Assembly: GCA_000320545.1 (NCBI GenBank)
Contig: ADNK01001154.1
Coordinates: 43,504-107,503, forward strand
Direction of reading: 5' to 3'
Origin: Bigelowiella natans CCMP2755
Lineage: Eukaryota > Protista > Cercozoa
DNA: 64,000 nt
This document shows positions 41,172 to 55,654 of this stretch, in pieces. Both the position numbers and the translations under genes were made by a program. The notes beneath the pieces were generated by a model. The model worked only from the letters and a program-made list of their open reading frames with translations, searched no databases and was not told the origin of the DNA. The stretch's first letter is position 1. Each line of letters begins with the position of its first letter.

Positions 41172-42925
41172 ATAATATCGTCCTAGAATTCATGATTGTC
41201 CATTGGAAACTCTGGCCTGTAGCGATTCTAAACAGAAAAAGGCCAGGGCTTGTGACATAGACGATGCATGCATTGTGACAAGCCAACCGGTAGCGCAACT
41301 CCTATTCTTGGATTGCCATTGCTGTGCTTTGTCCAGCGAATAGCCCAAATGTGTCTGTTGTTGTGTGTGAGCGAGCATAAATGATAGTAATAATAAATAA
41401 TAATAACAGTCATAATCATAATCATAATAACTCGATTTGCATTTCACACTTCTCAGCTAGTGGGGAAACAGGCAAGAATGACGATGGAAGCAATGCGCAC
41501 ATATTGGCCAGGAAAGAACACCTATGCTATCATGTCCACAACAAATACCCAACACATCGGCCCAGTTGCGGGAGCGACAATCACATATTCCTTTATTTTA
41601 GTGTTGCGAGGGGGGGGGGGGGGGGGGGGGGGGGGGATGGGCGAGCTGCTCTGCTTTTCGGAGTCCTACCTGCCAAACGAATACGACACATTTCCTACGA
41701 CGGTCCTCTGCCTCGTTAACTTTTTGACGCGGAGCCTATGTGTCTCATCTTCTATCACCCAGTGGAAATCATCAAATGTAGTGGTAGCTTCTTTCGATTG
41801 ATATGAAGAAGAAGAACCCGGGAACTTTAAAGATGGCAACGAAGGCGGTCGTGGCTTGAATGCGAAGTCCTTATATGCCGTTGCTGTCGATGTCTTCGTG
41901 GTGATTTTTTCCCCAGAATGATGACTCTGCCGATTTGATCGAAAGCGGAATGTCGGATCACTCGTGCCGCCACCGCCGCCGCCGTCGTGAAAGTCAGGGT
42001 ACTCTCCCTTATTCGGCGAAAATCTATTCCGAGCGGGATTTAATAAAGCATCGTTGCGTAGAAGGCTATTTCTTTCCGGGCGCTTTTGATTTCTGTGTGA
42101 TTAAATAAGTAACAGGTTGGTGATTCTCTCAGAAGAGCAATAGGACAGCATTAGGATCTGACCTGCTCATCAATCTTTTGGCTTGTTCCTCGATCTTTTG
42201 CTTTTGCTAAATACCATTGCAGAAAAGTATAGGGTCACTCTACACGGTCTGCATTGATTACAAAGAATGATTCGAGCGAACCTGCCTCATTTCTTCTCTG
42301 ATCTCGTTTCTTGTTTGTCTATTAGGGAGGATCTCTCCGAAAATGTGACCGCGTCCCCCCCTTTTCCCCTTTTTCTTTTTCCCGTCATCGCGTACCTCGA
42401 ACTCTGAGAATTTCATATCGCGCAATCATGCTATGCGCAGCCATATTTGAACGTATCATTTGTTCCTCTTGAAGTACCTTTCAGAACTTGCTCTTCGTTT
42501 ATTCTCAGGCTGTGGTCGCGATCCACAGATTCCCGCCATCGATGAAAGCAGAGACTAACAGTCGTCAGCACAACTAATACGACGGCGGTACTGGCGGTTT
42601 TACTTTTACTGCCCATCAAACACCCCGTGAATAACCCCTTCGCCCCTGCTCCCACACCTACTGCTTCTACAGCAATTATTGCTGTTGTAGCAGAGCTAGG
42701 CTGAAGGAAGAGGAGTGTTCATCGTTATGGGTATTCAGATCCTAAAATCCACTGCTTGATGAGGATTAGAAGTTGCGTGGGGGATGAGTGACCACGCTCT
42801 CCACCTCCGATGAGTGGCATCGTCGTTCGGGAGGCTAATCGCGGAGGAGGAGGAGGTGGGATAAATCCCAAGATTTCTTGTCGCAACACTTTCTGATTTT
42901 TAGACCAAAATATTAGGATGTTCAT
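36816..42925 (-). CDS. Large multi-exon hypothetical gene (possibly more than one gene)
   Basis: Many coding-like minus-strand exons separated by microsatellite introns. Last exon ..KLEIDDDDDE* ends at 36816. Hydrophobic segment near 42550-42600. No confident domain; weak LENG8/Thp3-like helical motif at about 38000-38250. Confidence 0.4.
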
Positions 42926-43269
42926 GCGACGTTTGGATCGTTTGTACAGGTGTGCCCAACTTGCACAATCATCGCTGTTATTTGTTGTCGCAGGATATGG
43001 AATGGCATGGTTTTTGCTTTATTTTGGGTAAAGGTGGCGTCGAATTCAGCGCACCCAACAGGACCGTGAGACGCAAACACCGACACGCGCGACCCCCCCT
43101 TCCTCCAACAGCTTCAATTCTCCAATGATTCGGAGGGCGACGCCTAACCTCTCGTCTGTCGTAAAGGCAGTCACGAGCAGGCGTATACTTACTCGGGTAG
43201 CTCCTTGGACTTCGTTAGATATGCACAGTTCTGATGACACGTGCCGCTTGCTTAGAGTTATCTGAAAAA

Positions 43270-44018
43270 ATGGCCGCAGGGTAGCCTTGGCCTGCAGGAG
43301 GCCTACCGCGATTTTAGATGATCTGTGCAGATTTTGGGAAGCTCTGCCATGCGCTTCCCACTTTCTCTGTTTGAGAAGTCTGATGACATTTTTGTAAAGT
43401 TGTGCGATGTATGCTCTCCGGATTCTGTGTCAGTGTGATGATTGTCCTTTCGAAGACTCGACCATTTACGTCATCAATAATGGTGCTGATTAGATTGTCT
43501 CCTCTCACTTTAGTTTGTCTTTTCGTTGCCTCCTCCTCCTCCTCCTCTTCCTCCCCTCTCGCCATCTTTGTGAAGGCTCCTCTTGCTGCGGCTGCAACCG
43601 GTGTGGCATTTTCAATGGGGATGTATTGCTTCTCCAGTCATGTCCAAGTGGCTCATGCCGAAGAAACTAGACGACCAGGTTGAATACACCCCCTTCCCAT
43701 CTTCTCTCCTTAACGAAACACGCTCCTCCCTTCTCCCATATGCGAGAGCGAAGATGTGGCAAACACCACCACTATGTACCCATTTGACAGTTTTGGGTGA
43801 GACTGACGCTAGCATCACGGGGGACCTCATGTCGGATAAGAAAAACGAGAAAGAAACGGAAAAAGCCCGGACTGATAAGGTGGAGAAATTGAAAAGGACA
43901 TTCCTTTGTGTTTTGTATTCGGAAGCATTAGTACGCGTGACTGTTACTTGTACAAAGATAGACTACAGCTATACGACTGAACTATTTACAGTTTTACCAT
44001 TTTTGTTGGATTTTGCTG

Positions 44019-44086
<68 letters not shown>

Positions 44087-44242
44087 GTTGTTTAATATGA
44101 TGAGAATATATTGATATACTACTACTATTTACTTGCGGGGCATACATAACAACACGTGTACATTAGGATGAGATGGGAAATGCTCTGCCCAAGGCAAATC
44201 CAGGCAAATTTGAGCAAGTTGGGAAGGAAGCCAAAGGTGGCG

Positions 44243-44277
<35 letters not shown>

Positions 44278-45383
44278 TATAGTAGTGTGGTCGGGCGTTA
44301 CGGATGGATGCTGCCAACGACGAGGACCTGAGAGCTAGGGTGTTTCTACTGGATTTGCTGCTAACACCTCTATGCATGCTACTACCCACCTGGTATTGAT
44401 ATTGTTGTGGTTATACAGAGGTGCTAGCACTAGATGTCAGTGACGGAGCTCGGGTGTCTCTTCAGTTGCCGGTCATTTGAATCTCCCCTGCGCCATTACC
44501 ATCCTCTACTTCTGCTCGCAACAACCTGCTCTATCACTACCGTCGCTGTTCTGAATTGCACAATCGCACCGCTGCTGCTTTTGGCCAATGCATTAACCAT
44601 CCTACCCAGATATGGTGGACACGGAAACATCACCGTCTCGATGATAATCTCATCATCATCATCATCATCATCAGGTTTATCAGTCGCAAGAGAAGTTGAT
44701 GGCAATTCAGCACATGATGTGGTTGGGCACGAGTTTTATCGGGGAGTCGAAAGGGTAGTACTACTTGCGCCATCATCACCACCAGGAGCAGCAGCAGTAG
44801 TAGTAGTAGTAGCAGTAGCGGTGATACTGAGGAAGAATAACGATGAGAAGAATTAATGGTAGATTTCGTGAATGGTAGCGAGGCTAACATGAGGGGAAAT
44901 GAGTAGCGGATGAGGAGGAAGAGGAGGATGGAGAGGGGCTTTAACGAACGAGTTGTTGCGATCACAATTTGCAGCGACAAGTTGTAATAAGAAGCAATTG
45001 TGTATGTATATGAGAGAGGAGTAAAAGGACTGGAAGAGTTTTATAAATGATTGTCACTTGCTTCTCCTAGGTTCTATGAGTTTACGTCGATATTACAAAC
45101 TAACAAGGTATACACCCCCACCCCATCCCCTTCCGATTGATAATATAAGAGGAGGACGCAGTACCCACAGGGCATGCATACACACATGTCACTAATGACT
45201 GATAATAACCCTTTATTGCTAAAATACAGCATTATGAGTCTATTCCTCCATCATCTTCTTCTTCTTCTCTTCTTCTTCTTCCCTTAGCTTGTTATGACCG
45301 GGGCAATTGATTCTCTGTGGAGACTTCAAGGTGGATAACGGAAGCGGGCGAAGGGGGGGGGGCACACTAAAGGAGAAGGAGGA

Positions 45384-45422
<39 letters not shown>

Positions 45423-46256
45423 ATATTACTGCTCACTCTGTTTTAACGCCCACGAAAAATGGAGATGATTGAACCCCTCCCCCCCCCCCCCCCTCTCTCA
45501 TACCACACGATGCAATCATAACTTTGAAGGCCGAGCCATAGGCATGATGGGGAAGCGAACAATGGCAAGACTACAATTTCAGATGTGCCCCGAAGCAAAG
45601 ATCCCTGACCAAGTCACCTTCAAGGCTGATTATTCCGGGGAGGATTTCTCGATTACCTTTGATAGCGCGGTCGGCTGCCTTGATTCCTCCTGTGTTTTCT
45701 CCCCAATCTGACTACTTCTTTTTCCTTTGGGATGCATACACTGGCCACTGTGTTCTTGAGTACTGGTATTTGATGGTGATGATACGAATACAACAGAACA
45801 TCATGGACCAAGTCTCTCTATCGTATCTCCAGAAGATAACGGAAAAGTAAGGAGAATAATTGCCAAATAATACTGATGATTAGCAGTAGGAGGAGTGGAG
45901 AAATGCGCTTTCTATTTCCTCTGCTGGAGAGAGGAGGATTCTCCTCGTCCAATACACCCTCATAATATGATCCTAGCATCATCATCTCGTATTCATTGTT
46001 AAAGCCGTGCACAACGGATAGCTCGAAATATGAAATACTCAGTCACTTACCCACTCGCTCAATGACGCAGTAAGAATGTTCGGGTACTTGACTAGTCCCT
46101 CCTTCTCCTCCTCCTCCTCCCCCTCCCCCTCCCCTCCTCTAATGGTATCAGTGTGTCTGTGGGAAGCCAACTCGCCTTTGTACCTGTCCCTCCACCTGAC
46201 AAGATTCTTGGGCCTTTAACATTCGTGGCAAGATATAAGAACGCTGATACGACTTT

Positions 46257-46289
<33 letters not shown>

Positions 46290-46760
46290 TATTGGAACAG
46301 AGTGTGACTTTAAAAATTAAAGTACATAAACCGAAAAAGATTATGTACGATCGTGCCTCGATTCTATGAATCTCTTTGATTTTTGCGTTCCAGCATCCTC
46401 CACCTCGCTTTCCCCTCTTTCCTCTCCAATATGCTGTGTTTTACTATGATCCTGATTAAATGCTGCTACTTGCGGTGGCACAGTCTGGAAACGTGTGCAA
46501 TGTGCAGGACAAGCTGAATCTTGGTTTGAGCTACGCCAGAAAAGTTGATAAGCACTGCAGTGTTGCGGCCGAGGTGAGATGAGTGGTTGAAAGCAAGGAG
46601 AGAAACTATCCACCATACAGCTTATGCTTCTTCGGCCTCCTTCTACCCCTCCTTCATCCCCCCCCACTCCTATAAACTGGAAAAACTCTGGAGGCGTCAT
46701 TTCCGAGTGTTGTTTTCCCTTCATCTTTCTTCTGCCCCCCTCGTCCGAAGTACTGATTGC

Positions 46761-46809
<49 letters not shown>

Positions 46810-47391
46810 TCTCTGTGTGTGTGTTGCCGAAGATGATGATGGGATTTCAGAAGACCAGCAGCACCATAGGCCTTAAGTATGACTTCCATAACGACTCAAA
46901 ATCAAGGTAATATGCAACTGCCTTCTTGCCTACCAACACCATTCATTCCACTACTGTTGTTCCCGAAATTAATTTATGGTAACCATATTCTTAGATACGC
47001 TGCACAATTCGATACGGATTGCACATGCACCGTGCTGTACTCTGAGGAAGTGGTAGGTGGTGTCGTAGAGAACAAATTCCCGGGAAGGAGGAGGAGGAGG
47101 AGGGGAGGATGGGTTAGGAGGAAAGGAAAAAGAAGAAGAAGAGAAGAAGGAAGATCACACTTTTCTCGCGCCATAGTGTTATTTTTCGACACCACTTTGT
47201 TGCTGTGTTTCTTCTTGAACAGATTCCTGGCATTCGTGTTGGGTACTGCGGTCAGGTTCAAAATATGAAGGTCATTGAGAAAGACACCAAAACACTTTTG
47301 TTTGTAATTGTTCCCGATGTTTCATTCATAGTGATTGTTTACACAGGACGACTATATGTTTGGAATGACAATAGCGAATGGAGAAGCATGA
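43270..47391 (+). CDS. TOM40: Mitochondrial outer-membrane import channel Tom40 (beta-barrel) with N-terminal extension
   Basis: ANPGKFEQVGKEAK, AIQHMMWLG, KADYSGEDFS, LSYLQKIT, STIGLKYDF..YAAQFDTD and C-terminal beta-signal-like DDYMFGMTIANGEA*. Start uncertain. Confidence 0.8.
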
Positions 47392-47730
47392 TGACCGGAA
47401 GAAATGCAAGAACAAGGCATGTGATGGTGAATGCAACAGCGAAATCAATTTATCTCATACTACGGAATCGGACAAGCACGTACATTGTGAGGGTTCTAAA
47501 ATGTGATGTGCGCCCAAATTTGTGTACTAAGGTTGCACATTCATGCATTCGGATACTTGATGAGACGACATGTCTAGATCTAGAGATGTTGATTGCATGC
47601 GGGCACAAAAACGTCGTCACACTGCAGTCACAGCATCACATGCGTGGTGTCCATTGTCTAGTTGTGTCTGATGGATGGTGCTTGCTAGCTTGTGGTTTTG
47701 CATCACCTGTTCAAACATGTGCAAACTGTG

Positions 47731-47771
<41 letters not shown>

Positions 47772-48275
47772 CAGCATGCAGCAGCTAGTGCGCGCGCACG
47801 TCGCATGCTGCTATGGCTAGCTAGATTGGCTAGTGCGCATGATGGCAATGAAGCTAGCGCAGGGAGCTACGCGAACAGGGGTGCTTCAAGCAGTATGCGT
47901 ACGTAATGTGCTGCAACTCAGAAAAAAAATTGGATGTAGTCATAACTTGTTGGGTTCCAAACATGTTTGCACAAAAATCTAAAGTCTTTGGTTGGACTTT
48001 ATGCATTTGCCCAAATAATATTCTTTTCCACACATGGCATAATACTAGCGGACGTACATCATTATAAACATTATTTGTTACTGATCAGTTACGCGCCACT
48101 ATCGTCGCATAATGATGCATCATTTCAGATAAAAATTTCATCTCTTACGCACACGTCACACTGTAAGTGACATGCGGTTTTTATTGGCTGTTTACCTTCT
48201 TGCCGTACATGTACGTATACATGCGCTGATGTACTATACATGTAATGTGTTTTCGTATCTTCCATTGAAAAGTGT

Positions 48276-49210
48276 CTATGCAGATTCTTCGCTATGGTAA
48301 CATGTCTCTGCGCAAGATTTGACACATTTATACCAGGAATCCCAGCCAACAGATCGATAGATATCTTTACATTTGTACTCCTGACATCTAATAGTAAATC
48401 AGGAAGGAAAATAAGTATTTTAGTTCCTGGTCATTAGATAATTTGTATTTTCCTTCCTGGTCATTAGATAATAATTTGAATAACACTCTATTGGATGGCG
48501 AAAATTGTGGCATGTGATGTGGCGAGATCAAATTTGAAATGTACTCACGAAAGATAGCAATGCTCAGGCTGAAAGAGTTTCTTTGCTGTCCCCAAGGTGC
48601 CCACAGTAGAAGAAGTAGCTCGCCGCGCTATTGCTTGAGGAGCTGGGAGCCATGGACCCTTCCCATCTATGCTGTCTGAAACATGATAAGGCTGATCCTG
48701 GTGATATTGTGGACTATTTTCCTTCTCGTGCTTCTCATTGTCAAATGAGCGGGGTTCCGTTGATTCTGTTGCTGACTCGGGCCCCCTAGTGTGCTGATTA
48801 GGTGATGGACTCGAAGTATCTTTTGAGTTCAATTCATCGAAAACAGGTACAAATTTGCACGAGCAGTCCAAAGCACCCCGTTGGTCCACATAAAACTGCA
48901 TGCGGTGAGGCAAACCAGCAAAACGATGAACTTGCTGCTGCTGCTGCGGCTGCTGGGGCGGGGCAGATCCGAATTTCGTGTCTCCCGTGCTTTCCTTTTC
49001 TATTTTTCGATCTGTAGACGCGGGGCCGCCTTCATTAGCATCTATCTCTCCAATAGATGAGGATGCATTTGTGTTTAAAGATACACCCTCGTTCCTTCCT
49101 ACACCTTTGAAATGTTGTGGAACTTTTTCCTCCGCAATTGCAAATTCACTAGAAATAAGTAATGCTATTGTGGCAGACAGCAACACCAGAGGTGTGAGGG
49201 AGGCCGCCAT
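48276..49210 (-). CDS. Hypothetical secreted protein with signal peptide and Cys-containing C-terminus (2 exons)
   Basis: MAASLTPLVLLSATIALLISSEFAIA signal peptide. ORF spliced at about 48549 to an exon encoding SVGWDSWYKCVKSCAETCYHSEESA*. Confidence 0.55.
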
Positions 49211-49638
49211 GCCCCAAGTCTTCTATCGCAGCAAGAGGAGGGGACACTTTGTCCTGGGCTGGAGGGGGGACAAAAAGAAATGTTTTCAAATTTTTGAAAT
49301 TTAACGTGAAGCACGTTGTCGTCGCCGTCTTCTTTCACGCACCATTCTCCATCGCTTTTATTGCTACTAATACCATGGCGTTTTATCCAAGCGACAACAC
49401 AAAAAACAAGTCAAAATCGTCAAATCAGCTGCACTTACCGGTACACATATTCCAAAATGTTACACATTTGCTGCATAGTACATGGGCTTCTTTATTTAGA
49501 TCTCCATTTCCCATTGATTTTCGCCGAGACGACTTGTTTTTATTCATGTCGCACTTCGAGAAACAAACAGACATCGCAAATCCCTCCGTCGTTTTCCATC
49601 TGAATCTAGCTCGGGCCTAAACCTTCTGGATTACAGCT

Positions 49639-52600
49639 ATGCTTCCGCACTTCGGAACGATGGCAATCGTTGTTGCCGTAATCTTGAGCGTTGCTACCCT
49701 GCAAAGAGTGGGAAGCAGTTCTGAGTTAGGCCGGATCTGGAGAAGAAACAATATGCCTTCCAGCAAAGATGCTCATCATCATCATCTGATACGACTACGA
49801 GGATACGGTGGAGAGGGGCTTAAATTTGAGCCGCGAAAGCAGAGTCATGCTAACTTGTTCATCAGCGAGAAAGAAGATGAAATCTCTGAACTGCAGCTCC
49901 TCGTCAGTGTAACTCCGGGTTCTCGAATTTCGCTACACACTCGCTGCTCGATATTTGATGTTTTGACGCATATCTCGAGATATCCACTAACTTCGAGCTG
50001 AAATTTATAAAGGCACTGTTGAGGCTGTGCGCAAGCTCGTCGACCCAGCGAAGGAGGTATCGACCTATATCCCTGACCATGCTTTTGCAATACATGCAAC
50101 CCCAGAAGTTTGGCAAGCCTTACAAGCGCACGAGGACGTTCTCTATCTCAAACGAATGTAAGTGCTGAAATATTTTTAACTTCCTTGAATAGTATCTATA
50201 CATATATATTAAACCCAGGAAGGGAGATTGGAAGAATGATCCTACATTTATTTACGAGCTTTCACGGCGATTACAAATTTACCATGAAGACAAGACTTCC
50301 TCCTCTTCAACATTTTCAACTAATGCTCGATCTGGTCCTCCACAAGCACCCATGCCCCATCTGCAGATAAGTTTGATCACACCGAGAGCTCATCAAGCAG
50401 CAGCACAATGGTCAATGGAATATGGTATGACCTTCACACCTGCAAATAAGTATCGTGTTCGCCTGCAGATTCCGCACATCACCCAGATATCAACCGAGGA
50501 GATTCTATCACTAGTTCACCATTTAAAAAGAGATGAGAATGTCCACTGGATTGAGCTGGGAAGCATTCCTGTGGCTCGCAATGCTGCCGGACATGAGAGT
50601 GTTCAAGCAGGTACAACTGCAGCACAGCCAACAAAGATATGGGACCATGGAATTACTGGCACAGACGAGGTAGACAAGCTGCGAATGTTGTAAGTGTCGA
50701 GGTTTCATTGTTACCTTTGTTCCTCTGATATTGCCATGGCTCGTTAGAAAGCTCAACAATACTCAGGTTCATGATTATTTGTAATCAGATCATCCACATT
50801 CATGATACGGGTTTGGACACCACCCACTGCTTTTTTGATGACGGGGCTGCAGCACTTACAAAGTGTACAGATTGCACATACAACTATGCCTTTTGGGATA
50901 ATACAAGTATTGCTCATTCGTACCGGGAATATTACGTAGAACGCATGTGTTTGCCTAGTTTCTGGTCTCAGACTCTCCAAAGCAGCAGCACACACTGCCC
51001 CGATCACGCCAGCAGATCTGCATGCTACACCTCTGTTAGCACTTCATCTTTGACTCCGTTAGACTACTTCAAAGCCTTCATTAGATGGGCTCGTGGGGGA
51101 TATTACTATAGTTCTCTCACCAGTAGTGAGCTTGCAAGCTTCGTGTGTTCCAATTTCACGAATAGCGTCCCCTTGACAAGCTATCCGTGCCATCTTGCTA
51201 CCAGTCCTGATCTTACCACGTTCGACAGAGCGCTTCGGAAAACCATGGATACTTTCGGTGTTTCAACGACTGCAATGTGCCCCACGGAGTTCTCTCTGAC
51301 CCGGCTGAGTTTTAAGATCAATCCTAGTGCTTGCCAGTTTTCATCCCCCCAGTGCACCACACTTGACAACTCGAAACGAAAGGTCCAGTAGTTATCGGTT
51401 CTTATCGTTGTTGTTGTTACCCCGAAATTGTTTAGTAGTAGTAGTTGTAGTAGGAGTAGTAGTAGTAGTTTTTCTGCTATCTCTTGCCCATCATAGGCTT
51501 TAGGCATGCTTAACATTACCAAATGTGAAATCTACGATGGTGTTATAACATACACGAGAAAATGAAACTCTTCATTAAAGGAAGAAAGACCAAGATGTTA
51601 TATCATTACACCTAATGTCCAATGGCTACAACCAAAGGTAAAGGCGTACTGGGCATTTAGTGATGGCGATGCATATCTCAACTCGCACGGCACACACGTC
51701 TCTGGCTCAGCTGCTGGATCTCCAGAAAATACAGGTATTTGCATGCTGTGCTGACGAGGAGATAAACAATTTTTAATCTTCAAAATTTCTACCCTCTGTG
51801 TGATTTTGGTTTCTTTTCATTGGAATAATTTGTGCATTAAATGGGACAGAATTGAGTAACTACAAGGGTAGTGCATACAATGCCTCGATCGTGTTCTCCG
51901 ACGGTACCGTGGGCGAAGGAGGTAGCATTCTTACTCCTCTGGACCTTAGAACTCTCTTCAGATGGAGCTACAACCTCGGTTAGCCGCATTCATTCATAAT
52001 ACAGATTTAACAAATGATGTTTCATGATATAGCGAAACATGTATATTCTTCATTATAGACCGTTTATACAATGATGACTGTTAGTGGTGCTGAACGATAA
52101 TGGTAGTAAGATGATGAGATAGCCACAGTACATCCTGATTGTTGATGATAGATCTAGAATCTCCAACATTCAAACACCTTACTCGTTCAAATGTTTTCTA
52201 CAATTACAGGCGCGCGTGTATCGTCTCATTCATGGGGCTCCTCCACGAATAGCTACTCCTCTGAATCGCTAGAAATTGACGACTTTGCTTACAGAAACGA
52301 CGACTTCCTGATCCTATTTTCGGCGGGAAACAGCGGCTCTGGAGGCTACTTTTCTGTGGGACAACAAGTCAACTCCAAGAACTCATTGTCAGTCGGAGCA
52401 GGGTCCCAGCCCTTAGCGTATATCCGTCAAAACTCTCAAAATGTCACTAGGCAGTACCACCGGTGGCGCATATACGAGCAGATTTGTAACTCAAGCAGGC
52501 TAGCCGCTAAGAACAACGAGCTCTTTGACGTCATTAACACAGCGGTAACTGCGAAAGGAAGTATGCGGTGCTACTATTAGAGACATAATTATTGAATTAT

Positions 52601-52935
52601 GTATGTAGTGATCAATGTGCCCATCCATACGCAGGTTCGGGGACGGTGTGGCGCGCTCTCGGTGTTTTCATCCCCCTTTGCTATGAGCAGCTATTACTGT
52701 GATGGTTCAAAGATTGATTCCGATGCAGAATGGAACACCTACGCTTGCAACATTTATAATGGCGTCTCTGCTACTAACGTTCAATGTAAGGACAGAGCTT
52801 TGAGAGCTCTTGAGTTCGTATATCTCGGTAGCCAAGATGCTTCCTCCGTTTTTGAAAGCGGTAGCAGCGAAATTGTGTCAAGGCTCAAACTCAGTCACAG
52901 TGGTAATATTAATCAAATGTTAGGCTGTTGTTGAT

Positions 52936-52978
<43 letters not shown>

Positions 52979-55159
52979 GTGTAGTTGTGTCCTAACCTTC
53001 AAGTCGTTGTTGTATTCCCTTCTTGATTTCCTTCATTTGGCCAAACAATTTTGTTTCTTGATTCAGACTTCTTACACGATTTCTATGATGACGCTGATGC
53101 TATGAACAAAATCGTTATTGATATGGACTATGCGTGCGGGGGAACTGCCAATACGTAAGTATTTCCTCGTCGTCATATTTTGTTTTAGCTCACATTCTAG
53201 GATAGTGAACAACAAACAGCATTGATGCTTTAGGGAATACTAGTACTTGGTCACATCAGAATCGCTATCATCGTCATCATGATCATGATCAGTTTCTCAT
53301 TCCTTGTTGTAGATCACTTGCAACTGCCAACCAGAACGGATATGTAGGAGAATACCACATGGCCACCTTTTCATCAAGAGGACCTACTTTAGATGGAAGA
53401 ATCAAACCTGAGATTGTGGGACCAGGGTCACGAAAAACTCCATCATCACATGGATACATCTCCCTAGTAGTTGTAGTCAAAGGAGGGGGAGGGGGGAGGT
53501 GGGAAGATGCATGTTTAGCATTAGTAAATGCGTCGCAAATCAAAGATTGAAAATACATTCGCTACTCTTTATTCTAGCTGCGCATTCACATTTCATTTTC
53601 TTTCAGTGTTAGTGTTATAAGCTCCGCAGCTGACTCAAAATCGGGAACTGAACAATGCACCGACCAGACGAGAGGTTCTATCCTTTCGGGAAATTCCCCA
53701 GCACTGGAAGTTAAGTCTGGTATTATTACCTTGAATGATGACGATGGTGATTAAGAAACAGACTACGGTGGTTGTGATAACGTGATTATTCTTGTGGGTG
53801 ACGTGTACATCTGCAACGATAGGGACTTCTATGGCTGCTCCAACTGTTGCGGGAGCAGTAGCACTAGTCCGGCAGTATTACCGAGAAGGCTGGCACGTCT
53901 CTGGAATGCTGTCACCATCCAACGGAATACCATCTCCAAAATCAGCGTTACTGAAGGCCACTATCATAGCTTCTGGTCAGCAGATATACCGAGGGAGAGA
54001 ATCCGGGGTGAAGGGCAGGGGAGGGGGAATTTTTAAAAAATAATTTGAAGACTGTTTTCTCGCAAGATTATAACCAGTTGATTCGGCGTTATTGTGAAAA
54101 AAAAATCCATAGGTGTACCTTCTCAGGGAAATGTTGAGCTGCAAACAAACACAGATAATTCATTTGTAAGTGGATGCTCTACCAACTCGCCTTGTACCTA
54201 CCAGCGGCCAGCATCTTTGAGCTCAGGCTCCGGTTTGTTCTATCACTTTGGCTATGGACACGTCCAACTCGCAAGCGCACTATATTTTTCCGGTGATCCA
54301 CACAAGTTGTTTCAATATACAAGCAGCCTCTCTTCAGGCAGCAACAAATGTTACCGCATAAACCCTGGAAGCCTTACCTCCAGAACAACGTTACGTGCTG
54401 TACTAGGTAACTGATGGAAAGGAACACGAAATGCCTCGTATTATTGATTATTTTATTATTAATATGTGCCTTCTCTAGCACAATATTCAGAAGAATGTCT
54501 GAGTCTTCGCGACCTTAACAAACTCATCATATTTGGATGCAACTTTATTCCTTCCCTGCTTTCTTTTCTCCCTTCTCCGTCTCATTACGCCGTAAATGCT
54601 TCGAACAGTATGGACAGATCCAGCAGCAAGCTTGGCATCATCGAAAGCTCTTGTCAATGACTTGAATCTGAAACTCTATAGTTCAGCTGATCAGACAATG
54701 AAAGTAGGGAATAGTGATCATACAGGGAGCAACTGTCCTGACACCATCAACAACGTCGAGGTTGGTGAAATTGTAGCATGATTGTAGCATGTGCTTCATC
54801 GTAGTTTTAGTGCTCGGTTACTGGTTGTTCAAATAATACTATAATCTACTTAGGTGGTCGCAAAATCGCTGGTTCCTAACAGCGACGAGGTCGTATCAGT
54901 GGAAGCCGCTAGTGTAAATGTAGGCCGAAACCAAAGTTACGCCTTGGTTATCGTTGCTCCGAGCACAGCAACTGTCCAAGAGATTGTTTGTACAAGTGAA
55001 TATGTAAAGGCTCCAAGCGGATGCTCGAATGATGAAGATAACGACAAGGATGATCACACAGCTCTAATTGTTGGTTTGGTTGTCGGTATTGTGGGTCTTG
55101 CAGCTATCGCCGGTGCAGTATATTTTTTTTGTTTTCGTGGAGGTGGAACGAGTGTGTGA
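49639..55159 (+). CDS. Subtilisin-like serine peptidase S8 (KP-43/TagC-like type), signal peptide and C-terminal TM anchor
   Basis: Catalytic motifs IHDTGLDTTHCFF (Asp), SHGTHVSGSAAG (His), LILFSAGNSG (oxyanion Asn), SSRGPTLDGRIKPEIVGPG, GTSMAAPTVAG (Ser); SALLKA; VWTDP..VNDLNL..NNVE; TM LIVGLVVGIVGLAAIAGAVYFFCF. Confidence 0.93.
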
Positions 55160-55654
55160 TCTGCCACTGCATAACTGTTTTTGTTTGGCTAGCGGTCTAC
55201 CAGATTTTTCTCCACAAGATTACAATAGACTTGGTATAAATAATAAATAGTGATTTTATAAGTCGAAGCGACCCTTGTAAATAGTTCCTTTACAGTCGGC
55301 ATTACTATGGGCTCTTTGCATGTTTTTCATAATTACAGTGCGTGAACGCTAGTATGCAAATTGCTAATTCACAAATATCAGTAAAGTACGATTGAGCGTG
55401 AAATAGCAACCGTATTTACATAGCGCAGTGCAACCGTTCCGTATGTGGGAACAATCCAGCCTTTTTAAGCGTGCATGACATGCGATAGCAACCACAAACA
55501 ACGTAAAGATGTGTGAAGTGATCAAATCCTTGAGAATCTTTCAATTGTCGACATTGCTTCGGATCCTGGATTGCACCTGGGCTCATTGCAGTGTGTCACA
55601 GACCAATGTGCGATGGGTGCAGCGCGCACCACGCACGTGGTTTTCCACCCAACA

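Noticed and set aside
48386-48476. 19-bp direct repeat plus 14-bp inverted repeat in an intron
   Set aside because: Looks like a local duplication or template switch; single instance with no evidence of function.
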